NCBI GenBank assembly: GCA_018817205.1
Contig: JAHIUE010000080.1
Span: forward strand, 1 to 49,731
Source of the DNA: Patescibacteria group bacterium
Lineage (GTDB): Bacteria; Patescibacteriota; Microgenomatia; Daviesbacterales; UBA10151
Reading direction: 5' to 3'
DNA length: 49,731 bases
In this document: piece by piece, positions 16,218 to 26,370 of the stretch
Position numbering within the stretch: the stretch's first letter is position 1
Layout of the letters: the number at the start of each line of letters is the position of its first letter
The notes under the pieces: generated by a model
What the model was told of the DNA's origin: nothing
The model's database searches: none
The model's input: only the letters and a program-made list of their open reading frames with translations
Program-made: the position numbers and the translations under genes

Positions 16218-16943
16218 TCATCTTTCGCCATTTTTCTTTGGGGCAAGTTTCACTATTGGTTTATCAAACCTTAAATCGATAAACTCCAAATTACTTAAAT
16301 CTATTTTAGCCTCATTAAGGATTAATTGTAAAGATGCAAGTTGAGTGTCAATTTTACTACCTAGTCGGAAAATTATTTGAGGCCGTCCTGAAAGTATCAA
16401 ATAATCATCAATTACAAAAGCCTCCGGGACATCTAAGTTAAATGTTTTAACTTTCAATAAAATCTTCAGTAAGTTAGGTTTTGAGATATCGATGTCCGGA
16501 ATATAGACTTTCGGGATACCGGCCTCGTTTGCAACACTATCTAACTCTACCCCTTCATCATCTATGATGTAACTTCCTTTTATTTCTCCTGCAGAAGGTG
16601 TAGCGATATTTTGGACATCTGCCGTCACCAGTTGGGCGAAAGGCTGCCTGGGAAGTGCTTCTAGTTTAATGAAATTAGGCAATTTTTTTGAAAGAGCCAC
16701 CGATTTAATGCAGGCGAATTTTTTTTTAAGAATACTTTCTGTTTTGGAAAAATCTATCAGGAAAAAATTCTGTCCCAAAAGAGCTGACGATTCTTTCAAC
16801 TCTTTCTCGCTGGCGCACCTTAAATCTTTGGTAGTAACATCTATTTTTGAAATATTGAATAAACCCAGTCTCCAAACGAAAAATAATCCTCCCATAACAA
16901 CCAACAGAAAAATTATATAAATCGGTTTTCTACTTAAGCGCAT
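16218..16943 (-). CDS. ftsQ: FtsQ/DivIB-like POTRA-domain division protein
   Basis: N-terminal TM helix then a POTRA-like segment; dcw position upstream of ftsA. Confidence 0.7.
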   Translation of the reverse strand: MRLSRKPIYIIFLLVVMGGLFFVWRLGLFNISKIDVTTKDLRCASEKELKESSALLGQNFFLIDFSKTESILKKKFACIKSVALSKKLPNFIKLEALPRQPFAQLVTADVQNIATPSAGEIKGSYIIDDEGVELDSVANEAGIPKVYIPDIDISKPNLLKILLKVKTFNLDVPEAFVIDDYLILSGRPQIIFRLGSKIDTQLASLQLILNEAKIDLSNLEFIDLRFDKPIVKLAPKKNGER

Positions 16944-18010
16944 ATTTTCATAAGCACAGTCTCTAAAGCCAGTCTTTTCGCACCATCGGGTATTATAGCT
17001 CTTTTGCCTTCTTTGGCTTTTAGAGTTAGATCATCTAAATTAACTAACATAGATTTTATATTTTTTATTAAATTTTCAGCTGATAATTTTTGTTGCGGCA
17101 GAATTTTAACAAGACCTAACTTTTTAAAATATCCGGCATTTGCGCCTTGCTCTTTCTGAAAAGCAATTGGTATAACTAAAGCCGGCTTTCCAAGAAATGT
17201 AAGTTCCATCAGAGTATTTATCCCTGCTCGGCAAACTACCAAATCTGTTTTTTGCAAAATACCACCATACCCCGAACCAATCCATTTCATCACTTTATAG
17301 CGGTCGTTTTGAGATTTTTTGAGTTTTTCAAAATCTTTAAATTTATTGTCTCCGGTTACATGAATTACGGAAGTAATTTTTAACAATTTATCCAAAGCTC
17401 GCTCGACAGCCATATTTATGACGTGCGATCCTTGGTTGCCACCCATAATCAAAATATTGAACGCTTTCCTTTTTTGCGAACTTATCTCTTCTGATATTTC
17501 AATAATCTCACTCCTAATCGGATTTCCGGTTAATATGACTTTTGTATTATCGCAAGCGTTTTCTTCAAAAGATACTGCAATTTTATCGGCAAACCAGGAG
17601 CTGATTTTATTGGCCAAGCCGGAAACCAAAGTTTGCTCATGAATAATGATAGGAACCGACAGCAACCACCCCATTATCACCACAGGAACAGCTACATAAC
17701 CTCCAAATGACAAAATTACATCCGGTTTCTCAGAGAGAATAATATAGAGAGCTTGGAAAAGTCCAATCGGAATTTTTAAAAGAGAAGGTATTGTATAAAT
17801 GGTAAATGCTCTTTGTAATCTACCGGTTATAATTGGAATAAATTTAACCCCGAGTAAGGGTAATGTTTGGGATTCCGGCGAAGAAGCTTTGTCTCCTTCA
17901 AGAGTAGTTTTCCTGCCTGCATAAACTATACTAACATCGTCAAATTTTTTTAGCTCCTCAATTGTTGCAATAGCAGGTGTAAAATGCGCTCCCGTAATTA
18001 AAATTTTCAT
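16934..18010 (-). CDS. murG: UDP-GlcNAc:lipid I GlcNAc transferase MurG
   Basis: 358 aa GT28-like; N-terminal MKILITGAHFTPAIA; C-terminal half with a nucleotide-sugar binding pattern; dcw context. Confidence 0.88.
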   Translation of the reverse strand: MKILITGAHFTPAIATIEELKKFDDVSIVYAGRKTTLEGDKASSPESQTLPLLGVKFIPIITGRLQRAFTIYTIPSLLKIPIGLFQALYIILSEKPDVILSFGGYVAVPVVIMGWLLSVPIIIHEQTLVSGLANKISSWFADKIAVSFEENACDNTKVILTGNPIRSEIIEISEEISSQKRKAFNILIMGGNQGSHVINMAVERALDKLLKITSVIHVTGDNKFKDFEKLKKSQNDRYKVMKWIGSGYGGILQKTDLVVCRAGINTLMELTFLGKPALVIPIAFQKEQGANAGYFKKLGLVKILPQQKLSAENLIKNIKSMLVNLDDLTLKAKEGKRAIIPDGAKRLALETVLMKICA

Positions 18011-19104
18011 GTTGCTTGTTTTGAAATATTAAGTAAAATTCCCACTGCAGTCAAATTGGCAACCAAGGCTGATCCTCCATAAGAGATAAAAGGAAGTGGT
18101 ACTCCGGTTAAAGGCAGAAGGGCGGTCATTGATGATAAATTAATAATTACCTGAATCCCCAACCATGATATTAAACCCAAAGCCAGTATTTTACCGAAAT
18201 TGTCAGAAGCATTTTGGGCAATCTTAAATCCTCTAATTAAAATAAAGGCAAAAGCAACTATAACCAAGGTCCCTCCTACAAATCCCAATTCTTCTCCGAT
18301 TATTCCAAATATTGAATCTGTTGAAACCTCCGGGATATATTCAAACTTCTGCCGGGAATGCCCAAGTCCCAACCCCATAAGTCCCCCGGAACCTAAAGCT
18401 ATGAGTACTTGAGAAATATGATAGGTGAAACCTTGCGGATCGGAAAACGGATCAAGGAATGCCAAGATTCTTTTGCTTCTATACCCTGAAGTTAATATCA
18501 GAAGAATAAATCCAACTCCTCCAAGGGGAAGGATAAGACTAAGATGCCAAATTGACCCTCCGGCAGCAAAATATACGGCAATAGCTGTTGCCACAAAAAC
18601 TATTGTCGATCCCAAATCCTTCTGTAAAATTGCAGTAATTACCGAGACTACTGCGACAAGAATTATAAATGGGAGCCATTTTGCTTTTTTTTCAAAAATT
18701 GCCGCAAGGTATATAGTCCCGGTCAATTTAATAATTTCAGCCGGCTGTATGGTAATAGGTCCCAATTTAAGCCATCTATGCGCTCCCCCGCCCGATACCC
18801 CCAAGCCCGGGATAAAAACCGCCAATAGCGCAAGCAGTGACATAACCAAGAAAGGAAATGATAAAACCTTAAATTTTTTGTAATCGAATCCCGCAAAGAA
18901 ACTTAAGGAAATTACACCTAAACCCGCCCATAGCAACTGTTGTCTAATATAATAGTAGCTGTCTTTAAAATCCTTCAGGCCTTGTACAGCCGAAGCGTCA
19001 TAAACCATCAACAGTCCAAAAACCACTAAAGCCAAAGTTATCAAAAGGAGAGGAATATCTATTTGCCGCTTCTGTAATTGTAGTTTACTTTTGGGAAGAT
19101 TCAT
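18007..19104 (-). CDS. ftsW: SEDS-family division protein FtsW
   Basis: FtsW/RodA motifs (IQPAEIIK, PFISYGGSA). Start trimmed to ATG 19104, giving an ATGA overlap with the mraY stop. Confidence 0.88.
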   Translation of the reverse strand: MNLPKSKLQLQKRQIDIPLLLITLALVVFGLLMVYDASAVQGLKDFKDSYYYIRQQLLWAGLGVISLSFFAGFDYKKFKVLSFPFLVMSLLALLAVFIPGLGVSGGGAHRWLKLGPITIQPAEIIKLTGTIYLAAIFEKKAKWLPFIILVAVVSVITAILQKDLGSTIVFVATAIAVYFAAGGSIWHLSLILPLGGVGFILLILTSGYRSKRILAFLDPFSDPQGFTYHISQVLIALGSGGLMGLGLGHSRQKFEYIPEVSTDSIFGIIGEELGFVGGTLVIVAFAFILIRGFKIAQNASDNFGKILALGLISWLGIQVIINLSSMTALLPLTGVPLPFISYGGSALVANLTAVGILLNISKQAT

Positions 19105-20108
19105 CTTGAGAGTAAAGCAATCCATAAACCTAAAATAGCAAACATCCCCTGGGCTAACCAAAACCTGGTCACAATCTTTGGTTCTTCCCAACCGATGTAT
19201 TTAAAATACATATGAATGGGGGAAATGGGAAATATTTTCTTCTTAAGGATTTTTTTAGAAAGAATCTGCAAAAGAGAAGACGAAACGATAATTACGAACA
19301 TGCCGCCAATTATCGCCAAAGCCAAAATTTTCCCCGTCAAAAGACCGACAACAGCGAGTGTTGCCCCAAAAGCAAAAGCTCCCCCGTCTCCCAAAAAAAT
19401 TCTGGCAGGCCAGATATTAAAATATAGAAATGCAAAAAGAAGCCCAATCCAAATTCCGATAAACGACGCCAGCGTCAAGTCTAAACCTTGAACGGTAAGA
19501 GCTAAAAATGCAAACAAACAAATAAGCAAAAGCCCTGCCGATAAACCGTCCAGTCCATCTGAAATATTGTAGGCATTTGCAAAAGCTACTATCACGAAAG
19601 CCGCCAGGGGTACGTACCAAAGATTAATAATAAAATTCCCCAGACCGGAAATATAAATATTATTTAATCCGCCGATAAAATAGAGCATCATTCCGATAAT
19701 AAGCGCAAGACCAAGTTGCAGAATTAACATTTTTCTCCTGCCTAATCCTAAAAATTTTCCTTTTCTTCTTGTTAGTATTAGTTTAATATCATCACAAAGC
19801 CCCAAAGACCCAAAAGAGACCAAGGTAAAGAGCAAAATCATCAAGGCAACTTTGTCAATAGAAGGACTAAAAAGAGTATATCCAAAAGACAATATTATCA
19901 AAATCAAGATAAGGAGTATCCCTGCGCCTGTCGGCGTATTTTCATCCTCTTTCATCAACTCATCGTGTATTGGAGTTTCCGAAGTTTTTACCTCTTTTTG
20001 GATACGCTCGAAACGTCTCTTGAGATAAAAGAGCAAATCAATAAATGGAACCATGAAAATTGAGGTAACTATAAACGATAATAAAACTAAACCTAAAAGC
20101 AGTGTCAT
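19101..20108 (-). CDS. mraY: phospho-MurNAc-pentapeptide translocase MraY
   Basis: Polytopic membrane protein; NAYNISDGLDGL and GDGGAFAFG motifs. Confidence 0.95.
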   Translation of the reverse strand: MTLLLGLVLLSFIVTSIFMVPFIDLLFYLKRRFERIQKEVKTSETPIHDELMKEDENTPTGAGILLILILIILSFGYTLFSPSIDKVALMILLFTLVSFGSLGLCDDIKLILTRRKGKFLGLGRRKMLILQLGLALIIGMMLYFIGGLNNIYISGLGNFIINLWYVPLAAFVIVAFANAYNISDGLDGLSAGLLLICLFAFLALTVQGLDLTLASFIGIWIGLLFAFLYFNIWPARIFLGDGGAFAFGATLAVVGLLTGKILALAIIGGMFVIIVSSSLLQILSKKILKKKIFPISPIHMYFKYIGWEEPKIVTRFWLAQGMFAILGLWIALLSR

Positions 20109-21301
20109 TTTTTAGTAATCCTTTTAACAACCTCATCCAGTCTTATAGCTCTTGATCCTTTAATGAGGCAAATATCCCCTTTGACTAAGGTCTTTAAAAG
20201 TTGCGAAACAAGTTGAGAATTTTGTAAGTTAACCTGTAACCGTTCCTCCCAAAAACCCAAACTTTTAAGTTCGTCTGCGATAATTTGAGTCTCTCCCTGT
20301 CCTAAAAATACTAAATCCAACTTTTCTTTATAGATTTTTTGTGCAATTTGCCTATAGAGCTCGTCTGAGTATGACCCAAGCTCTCTCATCTCACCCAAAA
20401 CAAGGATTCTTCTTCTCGCCGGAATTGCCAGTAAAGTATCAACGGCACCCTCCAAAGCTGCAGGGGAACAATTGTACGTATCGTCCAAAAGCACCGAACC
20501 ATTCGGACCCGGCATAACTTGCATGCGGTGCTCTAAAGGCTCAACCTTCTCCAAGGCAAATTTTATTTTCGTCAACGGAATATCATTAACCACTCCCAGA
20601 GCTGCCGCCGCCAGGACCGGGTATATCTGATGCAATCCCAAAAGTTTCATGTTTACTTTCGCCCTCTCTACACCAAAATTCAACTCAAAACTGGTGGCGA
20701 AGTTTTCAATTTTTATGTTTCCCGCCCAAACCATACAGGTATTAGCATCTGTTCCAAAGTAAATTACGTTTCCCTTGCAAACCTGACCTAATTCCCGACA
20801 GTAGGAGTCATCCCAGTTTAATATCGCGACTCCATCTTTATCCAAACTTTCAACTAATTTCCCTTTTTCCTGTAATATTTCATTTATCCCTCCCAAAAAT
20901 TCGTTATGCGCATAAGAAATCTTTGTCACAATTGCCGTCTTGGGACGGACAAGCGATAGATAAAAATCCATCTCTCCTTTATATTCAATCCCCATCTCAA
21001 GAACTACCCTCTTTACGGAAGGATTAAGTTTCAAAAGAGTAGAGGGAATATTTAAAACCGGATCCAAATTCTGTTTAGTTGCCAGAGTTTTATATTTTTG
21101 AGAAAGTACCGCCTGGGAGGCTGCAACACACGTAGTTTTCCCTACAGATCCGGTCACTCCGATAAATCTTTCATCCGGGTACAATTTGGCATATTGTCTA
21201 GCCAAATATATCCGCAGTATATGAAATGGTTTTTTCAGTGTCGGGATCTTTGTTTTATAGGGAGTCACTTGATCCCAAATAGGATGCTTCGTAATATCCA
21301 C
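20105..21301 (-). CDS. murF: UDP-MurNAc-tripeptide:D-Ala-D-Ala ligase MurF
   Basis: GVTGSVGKTT P-loop, EMGIEYKGEM, DDTYNCSPAAL (MurF DDtYNAnP box). Confidence 0.88.
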   Translation of the reverse strand: MDITKHPIWDQVTPYKTKIPTLKKPFHILRIYLARQYAKLYPDERFIGVTGSVGKTTCVAASQAVLSQKYKTLATKQNLDPVLNIPSTLLKLNPSVKRVVLEMGIEYKGEMDFYLSLVRPKTAIVTKISYAHNEFLGGINEILQEKGKLVESLDKDGVAILNWDDSYCRELGQVCKGNVIYFGTDANTCMVWAGNIKIENFATSFELNFGVERAKVNMKLLGLHQIYPVLAAAALGVVNDIPLTKIKFALEKVEPLEHRMQVMPGPNGSVLLDDTYNCSPAALEGAVDTLLAIPARRRILVLGEMRELGSYSDELYRQIAQKIYKEKLDLVFLGQGETQIIADELKSLGFWEERLQVNLQNSQLVSQLLKTLVKGDICLIKGSRAIRLDEVVKRITKK

Positions 21302-21309
21302 AGCAAATA

Positions 21310-22572
21310 TTATACATCAACCCTCTCTATATCTGCTCCAATACTAGTCAATTTCCCTACCACATCCTCATATCCCCTCTCTATAAGCTCCGCTTGATTA
21401 ATAATGCTTTTTCCTTTTGCTGCAAGCGCCGCCATCACTAAAGCCATGCCTGCTCTAATATCGGGAGTTGCCAAGATTCGCCCCCGTAACCTACTTGGTC
21501 CTGAAACAAGAACCCTATGCGGATCACACAGAGTAATCTTGGCTCCCATGGTAATCAACTTATCTGTAAAAAACATCCTACCTTCATACATCCAGTCATG
21601 ACATAGCGTTACCCCTTTTGCTTGAGTTGCCAAAACTATCGCTACACTCATAAGATCTGTTGGAAACCCGGGCCAAATATTAGTCATAAGCTTTGAAACG
21701 GAATGAAGTTTAGACGGATGAACCGTTATTTCATTATCCTGCCTTGTTATCTGAATGCCAAAACTTTTCATAGGCTCTAAGATAGGATCCAGAAACAACT
21801 CCCTAATGCCTTGTATCTTAATTTCTCCTCCGGTAATGGCTCCTGCGACAATATAAGTCCCTAACTCTATGTAATCTGCTCCTATCTTAAACCTGGTCCC
21901 TCTCAAATTCTCAACCCCGCAAATTACCAAAGTTTCCCCTCCAATCCCTTCTATTTTTGCGCCCATACAGGTAAGCATTTTGCACAAATCTACAATATGC
22001 GGTTCTTTAGCGCAATTTCTCAAGATAATGGTTTTTTTACCCAAAACAGAAACCAATATTAAATTTTCTGTTGCAGTAACCGATGCTTCCCTTAAGAAAA
22101 CTTCACAGTCTTTTTGGTCTTTATTTTGTTCGAAAAACAAACTAAACCTCTGTTCGTTTTTTGTAAGTTTTGCCCCTAATGCTTTGAAACCTTCAAGATG
22201 AGTCTCAATACTCCTCCTACCTATAACATCTCCTCCCGGATGATAAAAATTAACCTTTCTTAATCTTCCAAGAAGTGCCCCGACCAAACAGATTGAACCT
22301 CTAAGCTTTACCATTAAATCTCCCGGTAAGCTGAACTTTTTGATATCATAAGCTGTAATTTTTATCTCGGAGCCTTTTTGGATTACCCTTACACCTAATT
22401 TTTTTAGAATCTCCACTAAAACCTGTGTATCTTTCAAATCGGAAATATTTTCCAGAACAACTTCTTCGCTCGTCAGAAGAGCTGCCGCAAAACATGGGAA
22501 AACCGAGTTTTTATTTCCGGAGAGATTAACAGTTCCGGAAAGTTTATGTCCGCCGCAAATTTTGTATTTCAT
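21310..22572 (-). CDS. murA: UDP-GlcNAc 1-carboxyvinyltransferase MurA
   Basis: 420 aa EPSP-synthase-fold enolpyruvyl transferase; typical N-terminus (G..L.G.V..SG.KNS) and PGFPTDL motif. Confidence 0.93.
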   Translation of the reverse strand: MKYKICGGHKLSGTVNLSGNKNSVFPCFAAALLTSEEVVLENISDLKDTQVLVEILKKLGVRVIQKGSEIKITAYDIKKFSLPGDLMVKLRGSICLVGALLGRLRKVNFYHPGGDVIGRRSIETHLEGFKALGAKLTKNEQRFSLFFEQNKDQKDCEVFLREASVTATENLILVSVLGKKTIILRNCAKEPHIVDLCKMLTCMGAKIEGIGGETLVICGVENLRGTRFKIGADYIELGTYIVAGAITGGEIKIQGIRELFLDPILEPMKSFGIQITRQDNEITVHPSKLHSVSKLMTNIWPGFPTDLMSVAIVLATQAKGVTLCHDWMYEGRMFFTDKLITMGAKITLCDPHRVLVSGPSRLRGRILATPDIRAGMALVMAALAAKGKSIINQAELIERGYEDVVGKLTSIGADIERVDV

Positions 22573-22584
22573 GTAACTTTTGCC

Positions 22585-23172
22585 TTACCTTTTTAAGGCA
22601 CGTATCCTAAATAGTGCCGAAATTATTATATGCTTTTTAGGGCTTAAAATTCCGGGACTAATCTCTGCTATTTCAGACTTCAGATCTAATATTTTAATAC
22701 TTTTGGTGCGGTTTTGCAAAAACCTACTCACAAACAGAGCACCGCCAATTGAACCCGGAACGCCTGCAAAATCTATACTCTCCAAACCTTGGGTATCTAA
22801 ATATTCCATGAACCGCTTTATACTTACTCCCGAATCGACTTCTACCAATGCCTCATCGACCCCAATGCCATATTTGGTAACTTTGCCCTTGACCGAAACG
22901 GTTTGTATATTTTTAGTCCTGTTTTTAATAACCAGACCATCAAAACCTTGATCCGATATCATAATTTTACTCCCCGTTCCAAAGAGTAAAAAAGGCAAAT
23001 TCAAATCTCTTGCGAGATTAATGATTTTAATAAGCTCTTGGGTAACAAAAACAATAAAAAATAATTTGGCAGGCCCGCCAACTTCTGTGGCAAAATACTG
23101 CTTTAAAGGCTCGTTAAATTTGAACCTTTCTTTACCGAAAGAATCAATTAGTAGCTTAAATTTGCTTTCCAT
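22585..23172 (-). CDS. MurB-like FAD-binding domain protein, C-terminally short (195 aa)
   Basis: NEPLKQYFATEVGGPAKLF, LFGTGSKIMISD and FAGVPGSIGGAL align to MurB domains 1-2. The ORF ends where the MurB substrate-binding C-domain should start. Confidence 0.7.
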   Translation of the reverse strand: MESKFKLLIDSFGKERFKFNEPLKQYFATEVGGPAKLFFIVFVTQELIKIINLARDLNLPFLLFGTGSKIMISDQGFDGLVIKNRTKNIQTVSVKGKVTKYGIGVDEALVEVDSGVSIKRFMEYLDTQGLESIDFAGVPGSIGGALFVSRFLQNRTKSIKILDLKSEIAEISPGILSPKKHIIISALFRIRALKR

Positions 23173-24352
23173 CTAAAGCTTTTTTCACCGCTTCAAAATC
23201 TGACCAGGGTATTTCTTTTTTACCATCTAAATTCATCGAGTCTTCATGTCCTTTGCCGAAAATCCCAACTATGTCTCCTTTTCTGGCAATTTTATTTATG
23301 GCAAATTTTATCGCTTCTTGCCTATCATCTATCACAAAAAAATTTATCCCAATTTTTGCTCCTGCCCTCCTGGTACCTTTAATAATTTGGGTATTTATAA
23401 CTTCCAATTGCCCCCTGGGATCAACTGCAGTTATTATTACACAGTCAGAAAGCTTTTGAGCGATTTCTCCCATAATGCTTCTTTTCCCAACATCCCTATC
23501 CCCCTCGCAACCAATCAGGGAAATCAATCTACCGTCGGTTTGGCAACGCAGAGTATGCAAAACCTGTTGCAGTCCATTTGGAGTATGGGCAAAATCAATA
23601 AAGATTTTTATCCCCTTGTTATTTCTTACCTCGTCCATCCTGCCTTTAATCCCTGCAAAATTCTCAAGAGCATTTTTGGCCATAGTTTTATCAATGCCTA
23701 AGGCAAAGGCAGAGGCAAAAGAACACAGAGCATTTTCAATATTATAATCCCCGGGAATTTTTAGTTTAAGCATAATTTGCTTCTGATTGAAATCGCCTTC
23801 TTCCAAACCAAAAGTAAAACTATCTTCCCCTTTAAATTTTAAATCCTCATTAACAATTTTAAATTTGCAATTCTCAAGTAAGCCTAATTTAGTTTTGGCG
23901 TAACTGCCCATACTTTTATGATAATCCAAATGTTCATGGGTAATATTGGTTATAACTCCAACATCAAACTTAATCCCCCAAAACCTGTACTGATCCAAAG
24001 CATGCGAAGTTACTTCAAGTATTAAATATTCACTACCTTGATCTTTAGCCTTTTTTGCAAATTTTTGCACCATAAATGGATCAGGGGAGGTAACATGAAA
24101 GCCTGTATCATAAACCTTATCTCCGATAACAGCATTAATTGTTGAAACCATTGAAACTTTTTTTCCGGCCGCTTTTAAGATTTGATAAATCATATTGACA
24201 GTAGTAGTTTTCCCATCTGTCCCTGTCACCCCAATTACTTTCATTCCCCCAGTAGGGGAGCCATAATAAATATTTGCCAAAATAGCCATTGGCAAATGAT
24301 AAAAAATATTAATTGTCCGTTGAGACAGAATCTCTTTAATTAATTTCTTCAT
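23156..24352 (-). CDS. murE: Mur ligase, MurE-like (UDP-MurNAc-dipeptide: diamino acid ligase)
   Basis: GVTGTDGKTT P-loop, DFAHTPNGLQ, GCEGDRDVGKR, and ITAVDPRGQ at the position of the MurE DNPR box. Follows ftsI as murE does in dcw clusters. Confidence 0.8.
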   Translation of the reverse strand: MKKLIKEILSQRTINIFYHLPMAILANIYYGSPTGGMKVIGVTGTDGKTTTVNMIYQILKAAGKKVSMVSTINAVIGDKVYDTGFHVTSPDPFMVQKFAKKAKDQGSEYLILEVTSHALDQYRFWGIKFDVGVITNITHEHLDYHKSMGSYAKTKLGLLENCKFKIVNEDLKFKGEDSFTFGLEEGDFNQKQIMLKLKIPGDYNIENALCSFASAFALGIDKTMAKNALENFAGIKGRMDEVRNNKGIKIFIDFAHTPNGLQQVLHTLRCQTDGRLISLIGCEGDRDVGKRSIMGEIAQKLSDCVIITAVDPRGQLEVINTQIIKGTRRAGAKIGINFFVIDDRQEAIKFAINKIARKGDIVGIFGKGHEDSMNLDGKKEIPWSDFEAVKKALDGKQI

Positions 24353-24376
24353 TGAGCCATATTATATAACAGAAAC

Positions 24377-26074
24377 TTATTCCGAGGGGGCGATGTTGTA
24401 ATAAATAAAAAGCTGTTTGGCAATTTCAAAGAAAGTGGGGGCTGCTGTTTCCGAACCAAAAATAGAAGACGAAGGCTCATCATATCTAACCAGCATCACA
24501 AATTTGGGATTATCTGCCGGCGCAAAACCGACAAAGGAAGCAATAGTTTTATCAGCATCATAATGTCCGGCAACCGGAATCTGGGCAGTACCTGTTTTGC
24601 CGGCCACCTTGAAACCTTTAGTTTTAGTAAATCTTGCTTCCCCTTCTTCGACAGCAGCCACCATCATCTCTTTTATAATTTCGGCTGTAGAATCTTTAAT
24701 TACTTGTCTTATAATCTTTGGTTTTATTTCAAAAGTACTATTTTCATCTTTAATTTCCCTTACTATATGCGATTCCATTAAATTGCCGCCATTGGCTATA
24801 GCTGCAACTGCCCGTATCATCTGGATCGGAGTCACAGCAATACCCTGACCAAATGAGGCTGTTGCCAAATCTATTTCCCTCCAGTTATTTTTGGATCTAA
24901 TCTCCGGAGATGATTCATCCTGCAAATCAATATTCGTAAGCCGACCAAATCCAAAGTTCTCAAGATACGAATAAAATTTATCTAAACCCAACTGCCGTCC
25001 GACAAAAACCATCCCGGTATTGTCTGAATGAATAATTACATCTTTCATAGAAGTTTGCGGAAAATACTTGTTATTCCAAGTTCTTATACTAAATCCCCCA
25101 ACTGAAATTGGTCCGGAGCATATGTCACATTTTGTATCGGGCTTAACCACATCTTCATTTATTGCAGCGGCCATCACCAAAACCTTAAAAGTCGACCCGG
25201 GTTCGTATTGATCGGCTACCACAGAATTCTTAAAATACTCCTTTGGGAATGAAAAATACCTTGACGGATCGTAATTAGGAAAGGAGGCTAATGCCAAAAT
25301 ATCTCCGCTTTTAGGATCCATTATCACAACCGAACCAACTCTGGCTCCGTATTTCTCAATTCCTGCTTTCAATTCTTCCTCGGCAATAAATTGCACACTA
25401 CGGTCAATTGATAAAACCAAATCCTTTCCTTTTTTTGCTTCATTCGTTGAGAAATTCCCGATTAGTATGGGTAAACCCAATGCGTCTTTTTCATGCCTGA
25501 CTAGCCCGGAAATACCTTTCAATTCTCCATCGTAAAAGCCCTCCAGCCCGAAATAACCTTTTTTTAATCCTTTTTCATCATAGCCTACAAAACCCAAAAG
25601 ATGGGCAGACGATGAACCTTCAGGGTAAAACCTGGTTGTTCCCTGTTCAAAACCAATCCCGGTAATATTTAGTTCATCAATCTGTTTCTTTTGTTCAACC
25701 GAAACATTATTTGCCAACCTAACCCAATAAAGATCCTGCGAGAGTTTATCTATTATATTCTTTGCCGCAGCGTCAATTTCTTCTAAAGACGGGGATAAAA
25801 TTTTTGCCAGCAAATACGAGTAGTTTAATATCTCATCGGATTTGATGGTTTTTGGTAAACCGTAAAGAGTAAAAGACGGATTCGAGGAAGCAACCGGCGA
25901 ACCATCGGAGAAAAAAATATTTCCGCGGGTCGCCTCTATTTTTATATCGGTAAAATACTGGAACTCGGCTTGAGACTGTAAAAGAGGAGCCTTAATAATC
26001 TGCCAATAAAATAGGCGGAGGATTATTGCAGTTAAAAAAAATAAAAAAAATATTCTGATCCAAAATATTCGCAT
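24377..26074 (-). CDS. ftsI: class B penicillin-binding protein (FtsI/PBP3-type transpeptidase)
   Basis: STFK, SDN (HSDNTG) and KTGT active-site boxes; N-terminal TM anchor. Confidence 0.93.
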   Translation of the reverse strand: MRIFWIRIFFLFFLTAIILRLFYWQIIKAPLLQSQAEFQYFTDIKIEATRGNIFFSDGSPVASSNPSFTLYGLPKTIKSDEILNYSYLLAKILSPSLEEIDAAAKNIIDKLSQDLYWVRLANNVSVEQKKQIDELNITGIGFEQGTTRFYPEGSSSAHLLGFVGYDEKGLKKGYFGLEGFYDGELKGISGLVRHEKDALGLPILIGNFSTNEAKKGKDLVLSIDRSVQFIAEEELKAGIEKYGARVGSVVIMDPKSGDILALASFPNYDPSRYFSFPKEYFKNSVVADQYEPGSTFKVLVMAAAINEDVVKPDTKCDICSGPISVGGFSIRTWNNKYFPQTSMKDVIIHSDNTGMVFVGRQLGLDKFYSYLENFGFGRLTNIDLQDESSPEIRSKNNWREIDLATASFGQGIAVTPIQMIRAVAAIANGGNLMESHIVREIKDENSTFEIKPKIIRQVIKDSTAEIIKEMMVAAVEEGEARFTKTKGFKVAGKTGTAQIPVAGHYDADKTIASFVGFAPADNPKFVMLVRYDEPSSSIFGSETAAPTFFEIAKQLFIYYNIAPSE

Positions 26075-26370
26075 CAGCGAATATATTGTATACTTTCAGG
26101 GGCAGAAAAACCAAGTTCAGCGGATTTGCTGGATATGTTTTGAAGAGATTTGTTTTTCGCTATTTCATTTTCCAACATCTGATTTTCCGTATTTAGAGTT
26201 ATTGTCAAATCCGATAACTTTTTTAACTTATCTCCATATGTCACTATATTATTACTGACCCAAATCTCAACCAACATAAGTATGAAGATCCCCGACAAAG
26301 CTAAACCTATATATTTTTTGGGGAAGCCCTTATTTGATTCCTCCGGCTCAAATTTTTGTATTATAGTCAT
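26074..26370 (-). CDS. ftsL: FtsL-like small bitopic division protein
   Basis: 98 aa, single TM helix then a coiled-coil-like segment; canonical position between rsmH and ftsI. Confidence 0.6.
   Translation of the reverse strand: MTIIQKFEPEESNKGFPKKYIGLALSGIFILMLVEIWVSNNIVTYGDKLKKLSDLTITLNTENQMLENEIAKNKSLQNISSKSAELGFSAPESIQYIR

Noticed and set aside
18007-19191. Extended N-termini in the ORF track for ftsW (19191), DUF4012 (32839), lepB (TTG 7610) and DUF5615 (2616)
   Set aside because: The extensions overlap the upstream gene or promoter and add non-homologous residues. Internal ATGs give the usual 1-4-nt stop/start overlaps or match the promoter geometry.
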